DNA of 64,000 bases, from contig OZ243037.1 of assembly GCA_965212015.1 (NCBI GenBank), positions 1,248,001-1,312,000 of the forward strand. The letters are read 5' to 3'. This DNA is from Cenarchaeum sp. (GTDB lineage Archaea > Thermoproteota > Nitrososphaeria > Nitrososphaerales > Nitrosopumilaceae). Both the position numbers and the translations under genes were made by a program. Shown piece after piece: positions 37,734 to 46,686 of this stretch; within the stretch, counting starts at the first letter, position 1, and every line of letters starts with the position of its first letter. Under the pieces are notes generated by a model that saw only the letters and a program-made list of their open reading frames with translations, was not told the DNA's origin and searched no databases.

Positions 37734-38221
37734 TCTGTGATTTTTTTGCCTTCGTTAATAAACGCAACAAGCGGCTCCCAGTCCACCCTCATGAACTTGG
37801 TCGGCTCCTTTGCCGGATATTTTACCCAGTCCTGCGCCACCGAATACTGGAATTTTTCCCTCTTTTTGTCCTTGACATACTCCATCTCTAGCACGTCGCC
37901 CCACACCTTTGCCTCAAAGCTGATCTTTAGGATATCATCAAATGCCAGCTCTACGTTTTTTGGATTCTTCAGGTCCGTGATCAGGTCGTTTTCCGTGTAT
38001 CCGTCGTGCAGGATCATTGTGTTTTTTGATTTCATGAACTTGAGAACCTGCCTTTGCATGATCGAGGTCCACCACTTTCTCTTGGCTTCTGTCTTGTGGA
38101 CAAAGCACAGGTGTCTGTCGGTGAGCACCAGCATTCCCTCCCTGCCCCCGATGGTCAGAAACTTTTTGGCCTCCCTCCACACGGACACTATGTGGGCCTG
38201 AATCCTCTCGTCTGAATCCAC
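37730..38221 (-). CDS. conserved hypothetical protein (PH-like fold)
   Basis: GMLVLTDRHLCF motif; start trimmed to GTG 38221. Confidence 0.65.
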   Translation of the reverse strand: MDSDERIQAHIVSVWREAKKFLTIGGREGMLVLTDRHLCFVHKTEAKRKWWTSIMQRQVLKFMKSKNTMILHDGYTENDLITDLKNPKNVELAFDDILKISFEAKVWGDVLEMEYVKDKKREKFQYSVAQDWVKYPAKEPTKFMRVDWEPLVAFINEGKKITE

Positions 38222-38297
38222 GCACAAAGTCCGGAAAACACTTGTTAAAAACCAATGTTTAGATTGGCTTTTATTTAGCCAAACATCAGGGCCCGTA

Positions 38298-39788
38298 TTG
38301 AGAAAACTAGTGATTTTTGCGGCGGTTTTTTTGCTGCTTGGCGTGCTGCCGGTGGCCCTTGCACAAGGCGATGACAGGCTCGCAGTCCTGCAGACGCCGT
38401 CGGGCAATATAGTAATCGAGTTCTTTCCGGATGATGCGCCAAACCACGTGGATAATTTCATCAGACTTGCTGGGAACGGGTTTTATGACGGAACCGTCTT
38501 TCACAGGGTCATAAAGGACTTTATGATTCAGGGAGGCGATCCCCTGACAAAACCCGGCGCATACGAGACAGTCAGCCAGTGGGGAACCGGCGATCCGGGA
38601 TACAGCGTTGATGCAGAATTCAACGACATCAAGCACAACCGGGGAATCGTGTCAATGGCAAGATCTGCCAATCCCGACAGTGCGGGCTCGCAGTTTTTCA
38701 TCGTACACGGAGACTCTAACTTTCTAGACGAACAGTACACCGTATTTGGAAGAATCGTCACGCAGGAGAGCTTTGAGACACTAGACAAGATTGCCAGTCT
38801 GGAAATTGCGCAGGGGGCCAACATCCCGCTGGACTGGGGCCAGGGCGAGATAACGTCGGCCAGTATAGTCGACAGGGACTCTATTGAGGATCTTTTGGAG
38901 CTGGAGGATCCGGAAAGAATCGTCAGGCCCGCCATAGTCGAAGGCGGACCGTACACGCACGAGACGCTTGGACTTAGTCTTGACGTGCCGGCCGGGTGGA
39001 CGCTGCAGGCACCCGAGACAGAAGACCAGTCGATTCCGGATATCATCCTGCTGGGCCCAAGCACCGGGACCAACACCCCGGTAATCTCTATTACCGCCGA
39101 ACAAAAAGACGGCGTCACACTAGACGATAAAATCTCACAATCCAACGAAGTTCTTCAAACGGCGATAGATGCAGGCAGACTGGAATTAATCTCCGAGGAA
39201 AAAATCACCGTCAATGGAATCGGGATGTTTGAGAGGACCATCAAAGGCACGTTTGGCATAGGGACAACTGCCAATCTGATGCTCAAGGAAACCATCGTTG
39301 ACTTTGCCGACAAATTTTACATCGTCACATACGTCAACGAGGAGGGCGGCTTTGAGGACAGCCTGGACCTGTTTGACGACACGGTGCGTTCGTTTTCCAC
39401 AGAGTCCCAGAGCCTTGCCCCCAAGGAGGGCTGCCTTATTGCAACTGCGGCGTATGGTTCGGAGCTTGCACCGCAGGTACAGTTACTGCGGGAAATCCGG
39501 GACAACACACTGCTGTCTACAGAGTCTGGCACATCATTCATGGCAGGATTCAGCCAGGTCTATTACTCGTTTTCACCCGCCATAGCGGATCTTGAGAGGC
39601 AGAATCCCGCATTCCGCGAGGCAGTAAAGCTGTTCATCACCCCGATGCTTGCCACCCTGTCCGTAATGACGCTGGCCGAAGAGGGCTCTGAATCACAGGT
39701 ACTGGCACTTGGAATATCAGTCATTGCGCTGAACCTTGGAATGTATGTGGCGGCGCCGGCGGTAATCATCAACAGGCTGCGAAAATAA
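38298..39788 (+). CDS. secreted cyclophilin-type PPIase with PsbP-like domain and CFI-box-CTERM
   Basis: FHRVIKDFMIQGGDP, SAGSQFFI, YTVFG; C-terminal GCLIATAAYGSELAPQVQLLRE domain plus TM. Confidence 0.9.
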   Translation: MRKLVIFAAVFLLLGVLPVALAQGDDRLAVLQTPSGNIVIEFFPDDAPNHVDNFIRLAGNGFYDGTVFHRVIKDFMIQGGDPLTKPGAYETVSQWGTGDPGYSVDAEFNDIKHNRGIVSMARSANPDSAGSQFFIVHGDSNFLDEQYTVFGRIVTQESFETLDKIASLEIAQGANIPLDWGQGEITSASIVDRDSIEDLLELEDPERIVRPAIVEGGPYTHETLGLSLDVPAGWTLQAPETEDQSIPDIILLGPSTGTNTPVISITAEQKDGVTLDDKISQSNEVLQTAIDAGRLELISEEKITVNGIGMFERTIKGTFGIGTTANLMLKETIVDFADKFYIVTYVNEEGGFEDSLDLFDDTVRSFSTESQSLAPKEGCLIATAAYGSELAPQVQLLREIRDNTLLSTESGTSFMAGFSQVYYSFSPAIADLERQNPAFREAVKLFITPMLATLSVMTLAEEGSESQVLALGISVIALNLGMYVAAPAVIINRLRK

Positions 39789-39790
39789 AA

Positions 39791-41134
39791 CTACCAGACA
39801 TCGTCCACCTCGTCGAGCACCTTGTATTCCAGCTCAGTCGGCTTTCTAAAGAACTTCATCCTAGATATGTCCCTGTCAAAAAACAAATCTATCGTCCAGT
39901 CCAGCAGCACCCTGATCCTGTTGTTCCATCTTGGAATCTTTGAGATGTAGACGTTTCTCCAGAGCACCCACGCCCAAAAACCGGAGATGTTTGAGCCCAG
40001 AAACGACGCAATGCCGGTACGCTTTCCGATGATTGCCATCTGGCCCCTTGACTTGAAAACAAACGCGGCCTTGGCCTTGTTCCTAATCAGCGCATGCAGG
40101 TTGGCAGCCGTCGTCTCTGCCTGGGCCTCGGCAAGCTGGGCCGTGGGCGGGAACGGGCGCCCTGTCTCGGGATTGACAAACAGCGAACAGTCGCCTATTG
40201 CAAAAACCCCGGGAAAATCCGGAACCTCGAGAAAGTCATTGACGACTATCTTTCCCTTATCCGTCTTGAACATTGATCTCTTGATCGTGTTTACCGGGGT
40301 TATCCCCGCGGTCCACACCATGGTGCTTGTCCTGATCGTCTCTGCCTCCGGCTCTGTTTTTGAGTCCAGCTTCTTTACGGTTACCGTAATTCCGTCAAAA
40401 CTCGTAACAGCGGTCTTTGGTCTTATGTCGATGCCGCGCTCGCTCATCTTTTCAAAGGCAAACCTTGCAAGCTTTTCACTAAAACCCGGAAGTATCCCGG
40501 CTAGGGCCTCCAGGACTATAACATTGATGTCATCCTTGTGGATGTTCGGATAGTGCTTTCTTGCATCTAGCAGCAGATCCATCAGCTCGCCGGCAGTCTC
40601 AATTCCGGCAAAACCCCCGCCCACAATGACAAACGTCAGCAGGTTCCTTCTGAGTATGGGGTTTGTCTCGTTTTCTGCCTGCTCGAGCATGTCCACTACC
40701 CTGTCCCTTAGCACGACTGCGTCATTGAGCGTCTTCATCGTATATGCGTGCTTTTCGACATCGTTGAGGCCAAAAAAATTCGTCTGGCTTCCAAGCGCGA
40801 CTATAAGGAAATCATAATGTATGGATATCCCCCTCTTTTCCCTGGTTCCCCACAGGTTTACAATGCGCCCGTACGGATCTATGTTTTTTATGCGCCCCTC
40901 GTAAAAAACAGTCCGCTCACATATTGCCCGAATCGGCATGATGATGTGCCTCGTCTCTATCATGCCTGACGCCACCTGCGGCAGCATTGGCGTAAAGAGC
41001 AAAAAGTTGTCCTCGCTGACCAGAACCAGCTCTATGTCCGAGTCTCCCTTGAAATGCGATTCGAGCTTTCTGGCGCACTTTACCCCGGCAAACCCGCCGC
41101 CCAAAACGACTATCTTTTTTTTATTTTTTGTCAT
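39791..41134 (-). CDS. ndh: type II NADH dehydrogenase-like FAD oxidoreductase
   Basis: Two GGGFAG motifs, FTPML, WTAG, FAIGD, PPTAQ. Confidence 0.88.
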   Translation of the reverse strand: MTKNKKKIVVLGGGFAGVKCARKLESHFKGDSDIELVLVSEDNFLLFTPMLPQVASGMIETRHIIMPIRAICERTVFYEGRIKNIDPYGRIVNLWGTREKRGISIHYDFLIVALGSQTNFFGLNDVEKHAYTMKTLNDAVVLRDRVVDMLEQAENETNPILRRNLLTFVIVGGGFAGIETAGELMDLLLDARKHYPNIHKDDINVIVLEALAGILPGFSEKLARFAFEKMSERGIDIRPKTAVTSFDGITVTVKKLDSKTEPEAETIRTSTMVWTAGITPVNTIKRSMFKTDKGKIVVNDFLEVPDFPGVFAIGDCSLFVNPETGRPFPPTAQLAEAQAETTAANLHALIRNKAKAAFVFKSRGQMAIIGKRTGIASFLGSNISGFWAWVLWRNVYISKIPRWNNRIRVLLDWTIDLFFDRDISRMKFFRKPTELEYKVLDEVDDVW

Positions 41135-41256
41135 CAGTACCACCACGTGCGCGCGTCGGCAAACATGCTCATCTCGCACAAGACGCAAACTGCGGGGTAA
41201 TTAAATCTCGTTCCGTGAGGCCGCGCACATTGGAATTCACGCTCGACTGCACCCTG

Positions 41257-41919
41257 CTACCTTCTTGATATCTCTGAGCGCAGGACATCATACGCCTTTG
41301 AGGCGTCATTCTGGTTAAACGTGATGATCATATTGTCCTGTCCAAAGTACGCGTCAACGAACTCTATGCCGTTTTTGTGAAGAAGCTCCACGACATAGGA
41401 TCCCACATCGTCCCTGTCCTCCCCCAGAATCGTAATCTTGATCCGCACCAGGCCCGTATGCCACATGTCCCGGCTGTGGGGGATTGACTGCATTATCCTC
41501 CTCACGCCCTCGAGATCCTCCGTCAGCAGCCTGAATGAATTCGGGAGCTTGAAAAAGTCAAAATCGTTTGTCACCTGCGAGAATTTCTCCAGCAAATCCA
41601 TCGGGTACTTTTCACCAAACTCGTCCGTCGAGATCCTTATATCCATCACCCCGTCAGTCAGTGAAAGACGGGCGTTTTTGAGAAGCAGCTCGTCGTGTAT
41701 CGCCTCTTTTTGCTCAAACGAGTCTGCGTATCTCTTGATGGCGACAACTATGGTGTTCAGATTGACCGGGCCGCCCAGATACTTTTCGACCCCGGGTTGA
41801 ATTTTTACGGCAAGTGCCGTGTAATTTATCAGATCCATCCTCATACAGTCGTAAATTGAGCGGTTTCCAGTCACGATCTCGTGAACGGCGTCAGGAACAG
41901 ACGCATTTGCGGCCCTCAT
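41257..41919 (-). CDS. ACT-domain protein with N-terminal HTH-like domain (putative regulator)
   Basis: INYTALA..I...VNLNTIVVAIKRY N-terminal domain; C-terminal ACT-like domain. Start 41919 or 41940. Confidence 0.7.
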   Translation of the reverse strand: MRAANASVPDAVHEIVTGNRSIYDCMRMDLINYTALAVKIQPGVEKYLGGPVNLNTIVVAIKRYADSFEQKEAIHDELLLKNARLSLTDGVMDIRISTDEFGEKYPMDLLEKFSQVTNDFDFFKLPNSFRLLTEDLEGVRRIMQSIPHSRDMWHTGLVRIKITILGEDRDDVGSYVVELLHKNGIEFVDAYFGQDNMIITFNQNDASKAYDVLRSEISRR

Positions 41920-41989
41920 AGCGATATTATATAATGTCATGTATAAGTGTATTTTGTCATTAATTACCTGATAATTCAAAATACTTATA

Positions 41990-42011
41990 TTATGTCATAT
42001 ATATGACATAA
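41990..42011. promoter_or_regulatory. perfect 22-bp palindrome, candidate operator of the hsp20-cdc48 operon
   Basis: TTATGTCATATATATGACATAA lies directly downstream of a TATA-like TTATAT (41985-41990) and upstream of the SD-like AGGTGA. Confidence 0.6.
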
Positions 42012-42029
42012 GATAGGTGAATATGACAA

Positions 42030-42515
42030 ATGTTCTTCGATGACGAAATCGACAGGTTTTTCAGAAAATCGCCCAGCTCATTTTTTAATCTGGGCGGTCT
42101 TTTCGAGGAGGCCAGACATGCAGACGACGACTCGCTGTGCTACGGGTATACCATAACCGTCGGTTCTGACGGCAAGCCGGCAGTACGCGAGTACGGCAAC
42201 ATAAAACCGCAACAGCTAGCATCCCAGAACAGGCAGCCCCTAGTCGACACGATTGTCGACAAGCAGGCCAAGTCCGTAAAACTGGTAGCAGAGATGCCCG
42301 GAGTAGAGAAAAATGACGTCAAAATCATTGTAGACGGGCAGACTGTGAGCATTGCAGCAGAACGCGGCGAAAAAAAATACCAGGCCAGAGTTCCGCTAAA
42401 GCAGCCAATCCGCGAGGATTCCGCAAGGGCAAGCTACAAAAACGGAATTTTGGAGCTGGTATTTGATCTGGCCGAGCCTGAAAAACCAAAAGGAAAAACA
42501 GTGGAGGTCAAATAA
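42030..42515 (+). CDS. hsp20: small heat shock protein Hsp20
   Basis: YGYTITVG.DGKP.VREYGN, AEMPGVEK, ASYKNGILEL. Confidence 0.93.
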   Translation: MFFDDEIDRFFRKSPSSFFNLGGLFEEARHADDDSLCYGYTITVGSDGKPAVREYGNIKPQQLASQNRQPLVDTIVDKQAKSVKLVAEMPGVEKNDVKIIVDGQTVSIAAERGEKKYQARVPLKQPIREDSARASYKNGILELVFDLAEPEKPKGKTVEVK

Positions 42516-42541
42516 CCTCCCTTTTTTTATGGTGATAAAAA

Positions 42542-44674
42542 ATGATAGAGCTAAAAATACAAGAAATTCCACAGCAGCACGTCGGCACGGGAAGGGCAAT
42601 AGTTGATCCCGAGATTATCGACTCTGCAAAGTGGGGGACCGGGCAGATTCTAGAGCTTACATATAACAAAAAAACCCACGCCAAGCTCTGGCCGGGATCC
42701 CCGGAGGAACACGGTTCCGGAATAATCAGGATTGACGGCCTGACGCGGCAGAACATGGGCGCGGGAATCGGCGACAAGATACAGGTAAAGGCGGTGGAAT
42801 CCGCCCCGGCCCAGCAGATCGTCTTGTCCCCCACCGAAAAGATCCATGCAGACGGACTGCAGGAATACATGGCGAGCAATTTTCTAAACCACGTCTTTAC
42901 CACCGGCGATGCCGTCACGCTTGGAACACAGATGGGCGGCAAGGTGCAGTTTATCATAACGGGAACAAAGCCGGCAAAGCCCGTCATTGTGACAGAACAG
43001 ACCGCCTTTAAGCTCGGCTCGATGACGAAAACGGTGGATGTGTCGCGCCCCAGAGTCACATACGATGATCTAGGCGGGCTTGGAGACGAGGTGCAAAAAA
43101 TCCGTGAAATGGTAGAGCTTCCCATGAGACACCCGGAGCTATTCGAAAAGATCGGCGTGGACGCGCCCAGAGGCGTGCTTTTGTACGGTCCCCCCGGCAC
43201 GGGAAAGACCCTGCTTGCAAAGGCGGTGGCCGGGGAGACCAACGCCAGTTTTACCTATCTTAGCGGCCCCGAGATAATGGGAAAATACTATGGCGAAAGC
43301 GAGCAAAGGATACGCGAAATCTTTAGGCAGGCCGAGGAGAACGCGCCTAGCATCGTCTTTATAGACGAGATTGACTCCATAGCGCCAAAACGCGACGAGG
43401 TCTCCGGCGAGGTAGAAAAAAGAATCGTCTCGCAGCTGCTCACACTGATGGACGGAATGAAAAACCGCGGCAAGGTAATAGTCATCGCCGCAACCAACAG
43501 GCCGGATTCCATCGATCCGGCGCTGCGAAGACCAGGCAGGTTTGACAGGGAGATAGAGATCGGAATTCCAAACCAGGGCGGCAGGGAGCAGATACTTGGC
43601 ATCCATACCAGGGGGATGCCGCTAGAGGGCAGGGTGGATCTCGGACAGATCTCAAGGATCACCCACGGGTTTGTGGGGGCGGATCTTGAAATCCTTGCAA
43701 AGGAGGCCGCCATGAGATCCCTTCGGAGAATCCTGCCGCAAATTGATCTTGACCAGGACAAGATCTCATCGGACATACTGCAAAAAATCAAGATCACAGA
43801 AAGGGACTTTCAAGACGCCCTAAAAGAGATCGGCCCGTCTGCACTGCGCGAGGTCCTAGTCCAGACCCCCAACGTCAGCTGGGATGACGTCGGCGGGCTA
43901 GACTCGCTCAAAGAGGAGCTCCGCGAGGCAATAGAGTGGCCGCTCAAATACGGGGAGGCAATCAATCATGTTGACGCCGTGGCCCCGAAGGGAATACTGC
44001 TTTACGGGCCACCGGGCACGGGAAAGACCCTCATCGCAAAGGCCGTCGCAAAGATGACCGAATCCAACTTTATCAGCATCAAGGGGCCCGAGCTGTTATC
44101 AAAATGGGTCGGTGAATCCGAAAAGGGCGTCAGGGAAATCTTTAGAAAGGCCAGGCAGGCCGCCCCGTGCATAATCTTCTTTGACGAGATAGACTCGCTC
44201 GTGCCGCAAAGAAGCGGCGCCTCAAGCTCGCACGCATCAGAGAACATGGTGTCCCAAATACTGACAGAGATTGACGGTCTGGAGGAGCTGCACAACGTGC
44301 TTGTCATTGGCGCCACAAACAGGCCCGACATAATTGATCCCGCACTGCTGCGGCCGGGCAGGTTCGACAGAATAATCGAGGTTCCAAAACCCGATGAAAA
44401 AGGCAGGCAGAACATCCTTGGGATACACACCAGAAAAAAGCCCCTGGCAACAGACGTGGACTTTGGAAAGCTAGTTGATCTCACCGCCGGAATGACGGGT
44501 GCCGAGATTGCATCGTCAGTCAACCGCGCCGCCGTTGCGGCCCTCAGGCGGTACGTGGGAAATCCTTCGCAAAGTATTAAAGATATCCGGATAAACCAAA
44601 GCGATTTGACTAATTCCATCGACAAAACGGTACGCATACCGCACAAAGTCGAGGAACCGCCAAAGCTGGAATGA
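42542..44674 (+). CDS. cdc48: CDC48/VAT AAA+ ATPase
   Basis: N-domain plus two AAA modules (GPPGTGKT twice, RPGRFDR twice). Confidence 0.96.
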   Translation: MIELKIQEIPQQHVGTGRAIVDPEIIDSAKWGTGQILELTYNKKTHAKLWPGSPEEHGSGIIRIDGLTRQNMGAGIGDKIQVKAVESAPAQQIVLSPTEKIHADGLQEYMASNFLNHVFTTGDAVTLGTQMGGKVQFIITGTKPAKPVIVTEQTAFKLGSMTKTVDVSRPRVTYDDLGGLGDEVQKIREMVELPMRHPELFEKIGVDAPRGVLLYGPPGTGKTLLAKAVAGETNASFTYLSGPEIMGKYYGESEQRIREIFRQAEENAPSIVFIDEIDSIAPKRDEVSGEVEKRIVSQLLTLMDGMKNRGKVIVIAATNRPDSIDPALRRPGRFDREIEIGIPNQGGREQILGIHTRGMPLEGRVDLGQISRITHGFVGADLEILAKEAAMRSLRRILPQIDLDQDKISSDILQKIKITERDFQDALKEIGPSALREVLVQTPNVSWDDVGGLDSLKEELREAIEWPLKYGEAINHVDAVAPKGILLYGPPGTGKTLIAKAVAKMTESNFISIKGPELLSKWVGESEKGVREIFRKARQAAPCIIFFDEIDSLVPQRSGASSSHASENMVSQILTEIDGLEELHNVLVIGATNRPDIIDPALLRPGRFDRIIEVPKPDEKGRQNILGIHTRKKPLATDVDFGKLVDLTAGMTGAEIASSVNRAAVAALRRYVGNPSQSIKDIRINQSDLTNSIDKTVRIPHKVEEPPKLE

Positions 44675-44680
44675 CATTCC

Positions 44681-44899
44681 GTGCAGCTGTTTCTTGACTT
44701 TAAGCCGTGCAACGATTGCAAGGAGATGATGTCCAATCTTGCCAGCCCCGGGACTGTTTTCGGGGACGAAAAGGCGAGAATTGACGAATCCGCAAAATTC
44801 CTCAGGCACCTGACATACAACCACACCGAGGTGATTCAGGCCGTGATGCAGGAGCTTCCAAAAACGAAGCAAAAAGAGGAGTTTGATTTTTTCAAATAA
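44681..44899 (+). CDS. small hypothetical protein with CxxC...HxxxxH
   Basis: PCNDC and RHLTYNH; lies directly after cdc48. Confidence 0.7.
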   Translation: MQLFLDFKPCNDCKEMMSNLASPGTVFGDEKARIDESAKFLRHLTYNHTEVIQAVMQELPKTKQKEEFDFFK

Positions 44900-45087
44900 T
44901 GAGCCAGATCTGTAAGGGCGTATGCGGCCGGACAAAGGCCGCACCAATGCACTGGGACTGCAGGTACCGGCTGGGACAAAAAAGATGCTCCCTGTGCAAC
45001 GTCTTTTTTGCCACTACGGGGGTTCGGTGCCCGTGCTGTAGCACAAAGCTCCGCTCAAAGCCCAGAAGCCGAAAGCACGAATTCTGA
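44899..45087 (+). CDS. small Cys-rich zinc-finger protein
   Basis: Eight Cys (CKGVC, CSLC, CPCC); pattern typical of thaumarchaeal microproteins. Confidence 0.7.
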   Translation: MSQICKGVCGRTKAAPMHWDCRYRLGQKRCSLCNVFFATTGVRCPCCSTKLRSKPRSRKHEF

Positions 45088-45121
45088 ACCTGCCCGCCGG
45101 CGGCAACTGCCCCGGCTGCAG

Positions 45122-45226
45122 TCACCTATATCGCTGCCAGTGACAGTCACAGTTGCATGCCTTTTGGCACCTCATCCTCTTGCAATCCGAGCAGGTCTTT
45201 CCCCTCCAAAACGGCGCGGTATTCAT
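45122..45226 (-). CDS. putative 34-aa Cys-rich microprotein (not in the ORF track)
   Basis: MNTAPFWRGKTCSDCKRMRCQKACNCDCHWQRYR*; CxxC...C...CxCxCH. Confidence 0.5.
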   Translation of the reverse strand: MNTAPFWRGKTCSDCKRMRCQKACNCDCHWQRYR

Positions 45227-45307
45227 GATACTATATGGGCACCGAATCTAATACAGGTTGCGATACGCAGTGCCATCAAACTAATGCCGGATGACGCCAG
45301 ATGCGGC

Positions 45308-46219
45308 CTAGCACCCGAGTCCTTTTTTAAGAAAGGCTATCCTGGTTCTCACCGTCACATCGCTGACACCGGCCTCTTTTGCAAGCTTTTTCTGGCTGAC
45401 ACTCTCGGAGTTTGCGATCGATGCGATGTACAGTGACGCGGCGGCCTGCGAGATCGGGTTCTTGCCCGCCGTAATGCCGCTCCTTGCGGCCTCTTGAAGA
45501 ATTTTGACTGCGTCGCGCTTTGTCTTTTCCTTCAGGCCCAAATTATTTGCAATCTTTGTGATAAACGGCTCTATGTCATACTGGTCCAGGCTCAAGTCCA
45601 GCCGCCTGATGAGGGTGCGAAGATCACGGGTAAGCACCCTTCTTTCGATGTTTGCCGCCCCTGCGACATCGCTGAGCGTCCTTGGTGTGTTTGATTCCCT
45701 GCAGGACGCATAAAGCGACGCGGCGATCAACGAGGCAGTAGTCCTTCCGCGCGTAAGCCTTGCAGACACGGCCTTTCGATAGATGTACGCCGCATTTTCC
45801 GCAACGGAATCGGGCACCGACAGCTTGGTCTTTACGGCGTTTAGCAGTATCAATGCCTTGCCTAGGCCCGAAACTGTCCGGGATTTGCTTCTTTGATCCC
45901 ACATGCGCAGCCTGTTAAAGGCATGCCTGGTCTTGCTTGGAATTGCGCGGCCCGTCGCATCCGCATCCCTTCCAATCACGGTGGATAACCCCATGTCGTG
46001 CATCATCAGAGAGCTGCCCGGGCCCGTCCTGCCCTGGCTTGCCGGCCTGTCCTGCACGTATGCGTGATCGTGCGAGACATCCTCCATCTTTTGCAGCAGG
46101 ACAAGACCGCACCCGCCGCACAGGATCTCGCCCCTCTCCGAATCTGTAATTGTGGGATATGTCCTGCAAGCCTCCAAATCACACCTTGCATCATATTCGC
46201 CGGCATAGCCGTCTGCCAT
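45308..46219 (-). CDS. tfb: transcription initiation factor IIB paralogue (divergent)
   Basis: Zn ribbon, HDMGLSTVI, two cyclin repeats, GKNPISQAAASLY; lacks the EWR B-reader motif. Confidence 0.9.
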   Translation of the reverse strand: MADGYAGEYDARCDLEACRTYPTITDSERGEILCGGCGLVLLQKMEDVSHDHAYVQDRPASQGRTGPGSSLMMHDMGLSTVIGRDADATGRAIPSKTRHAFNRLRMWDQRSKSRTVSGLGKALILLNAVKTKLSVPDSVAENAAYIYRKAVSARLTRGRTTASLIAASLYASCRESNTPRTLSDVAGAANIERRVLTRDLRTLIRRLDLSLDQYDIEPFITKIANNLGLKEKTKRDAVKILQEAARSGITAGKNPISQAAASLYIASIANSESVSQKKLAKEAGVSDVTVRTRIAFLKKGLGC

Positions 46220-46305
46220 CGCCTCCCTTACGGCTCTTGCAAATAAAAGGATAGGGTAGGCGGCAAATTTGGATAAAAAACACAGCAGCCCCGCAAAAAC
46301 AGGAT

Positions 46306-46500
46306 CTAACTGCTGACTATAGATTCCCTCGAGTGCCCCTTGTTTATGATCATCTGGATTACAAACTCTGAGGAATATTCAATCCCGTGCTCTGACTCAA
46401 AATGCTCCCTGAGCTTTTCTAGAGTTGTAAGGTTCTTTTGCCCCTCCAGAATGAAATCACACTCAAAACCGTAATCCCGGCATTCTAGCTTTAATGTCAT
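46306..46500 (-). CDS. DUF1059-family small metal-binding protein
   Basis: LECRDYGFECDF...EHFESEHG. Confidence 0.85.
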   Translation of the reverse strand: MTLKLECRDYGFECDFILEGQKNLTTLEKLREHFESEHGIEYSSEFVIQMIINKGHSRESIVSS

Positions 46501-46686
46501 GTTACATGAACCAAAAACCTAGATTATAAAAACCAAACATTGGGTGCTGATATTCGCTAATCCGGCGCCAGACGGCCGCCTGCGGGAGGAGGCCCCTCCG
46601 GGGGGGCGATCCGGCCCCGGACGCCCCGCATTTTGGGAAACTAAAAGTACAGGCTAGGCACACCTGATTTCTGTGGCTATTTCTTG

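Noticed and set aside
44668-44680. GGAATG-A-CATTCC inverted repeat at the cdc48 stop, and TCATGT-T-ACATGA at 46497-46509
   Set aside because: Both are short, overlap stop/start codons, and are spaced differently from the hsp20 palindrome, so they could be chance.
42508-44826. Long minus-strand ORFs (244, 169 and 274 aa)
   Set aside because: They are antisense shadows of cdc48.
46560-46630. GC-rich intergenic stretch with short hairpins (GCCCC-TCCG-GGGGGGC)
   Set aside because: No recognisable ncRNA fold; short stems are expected at this GC content.
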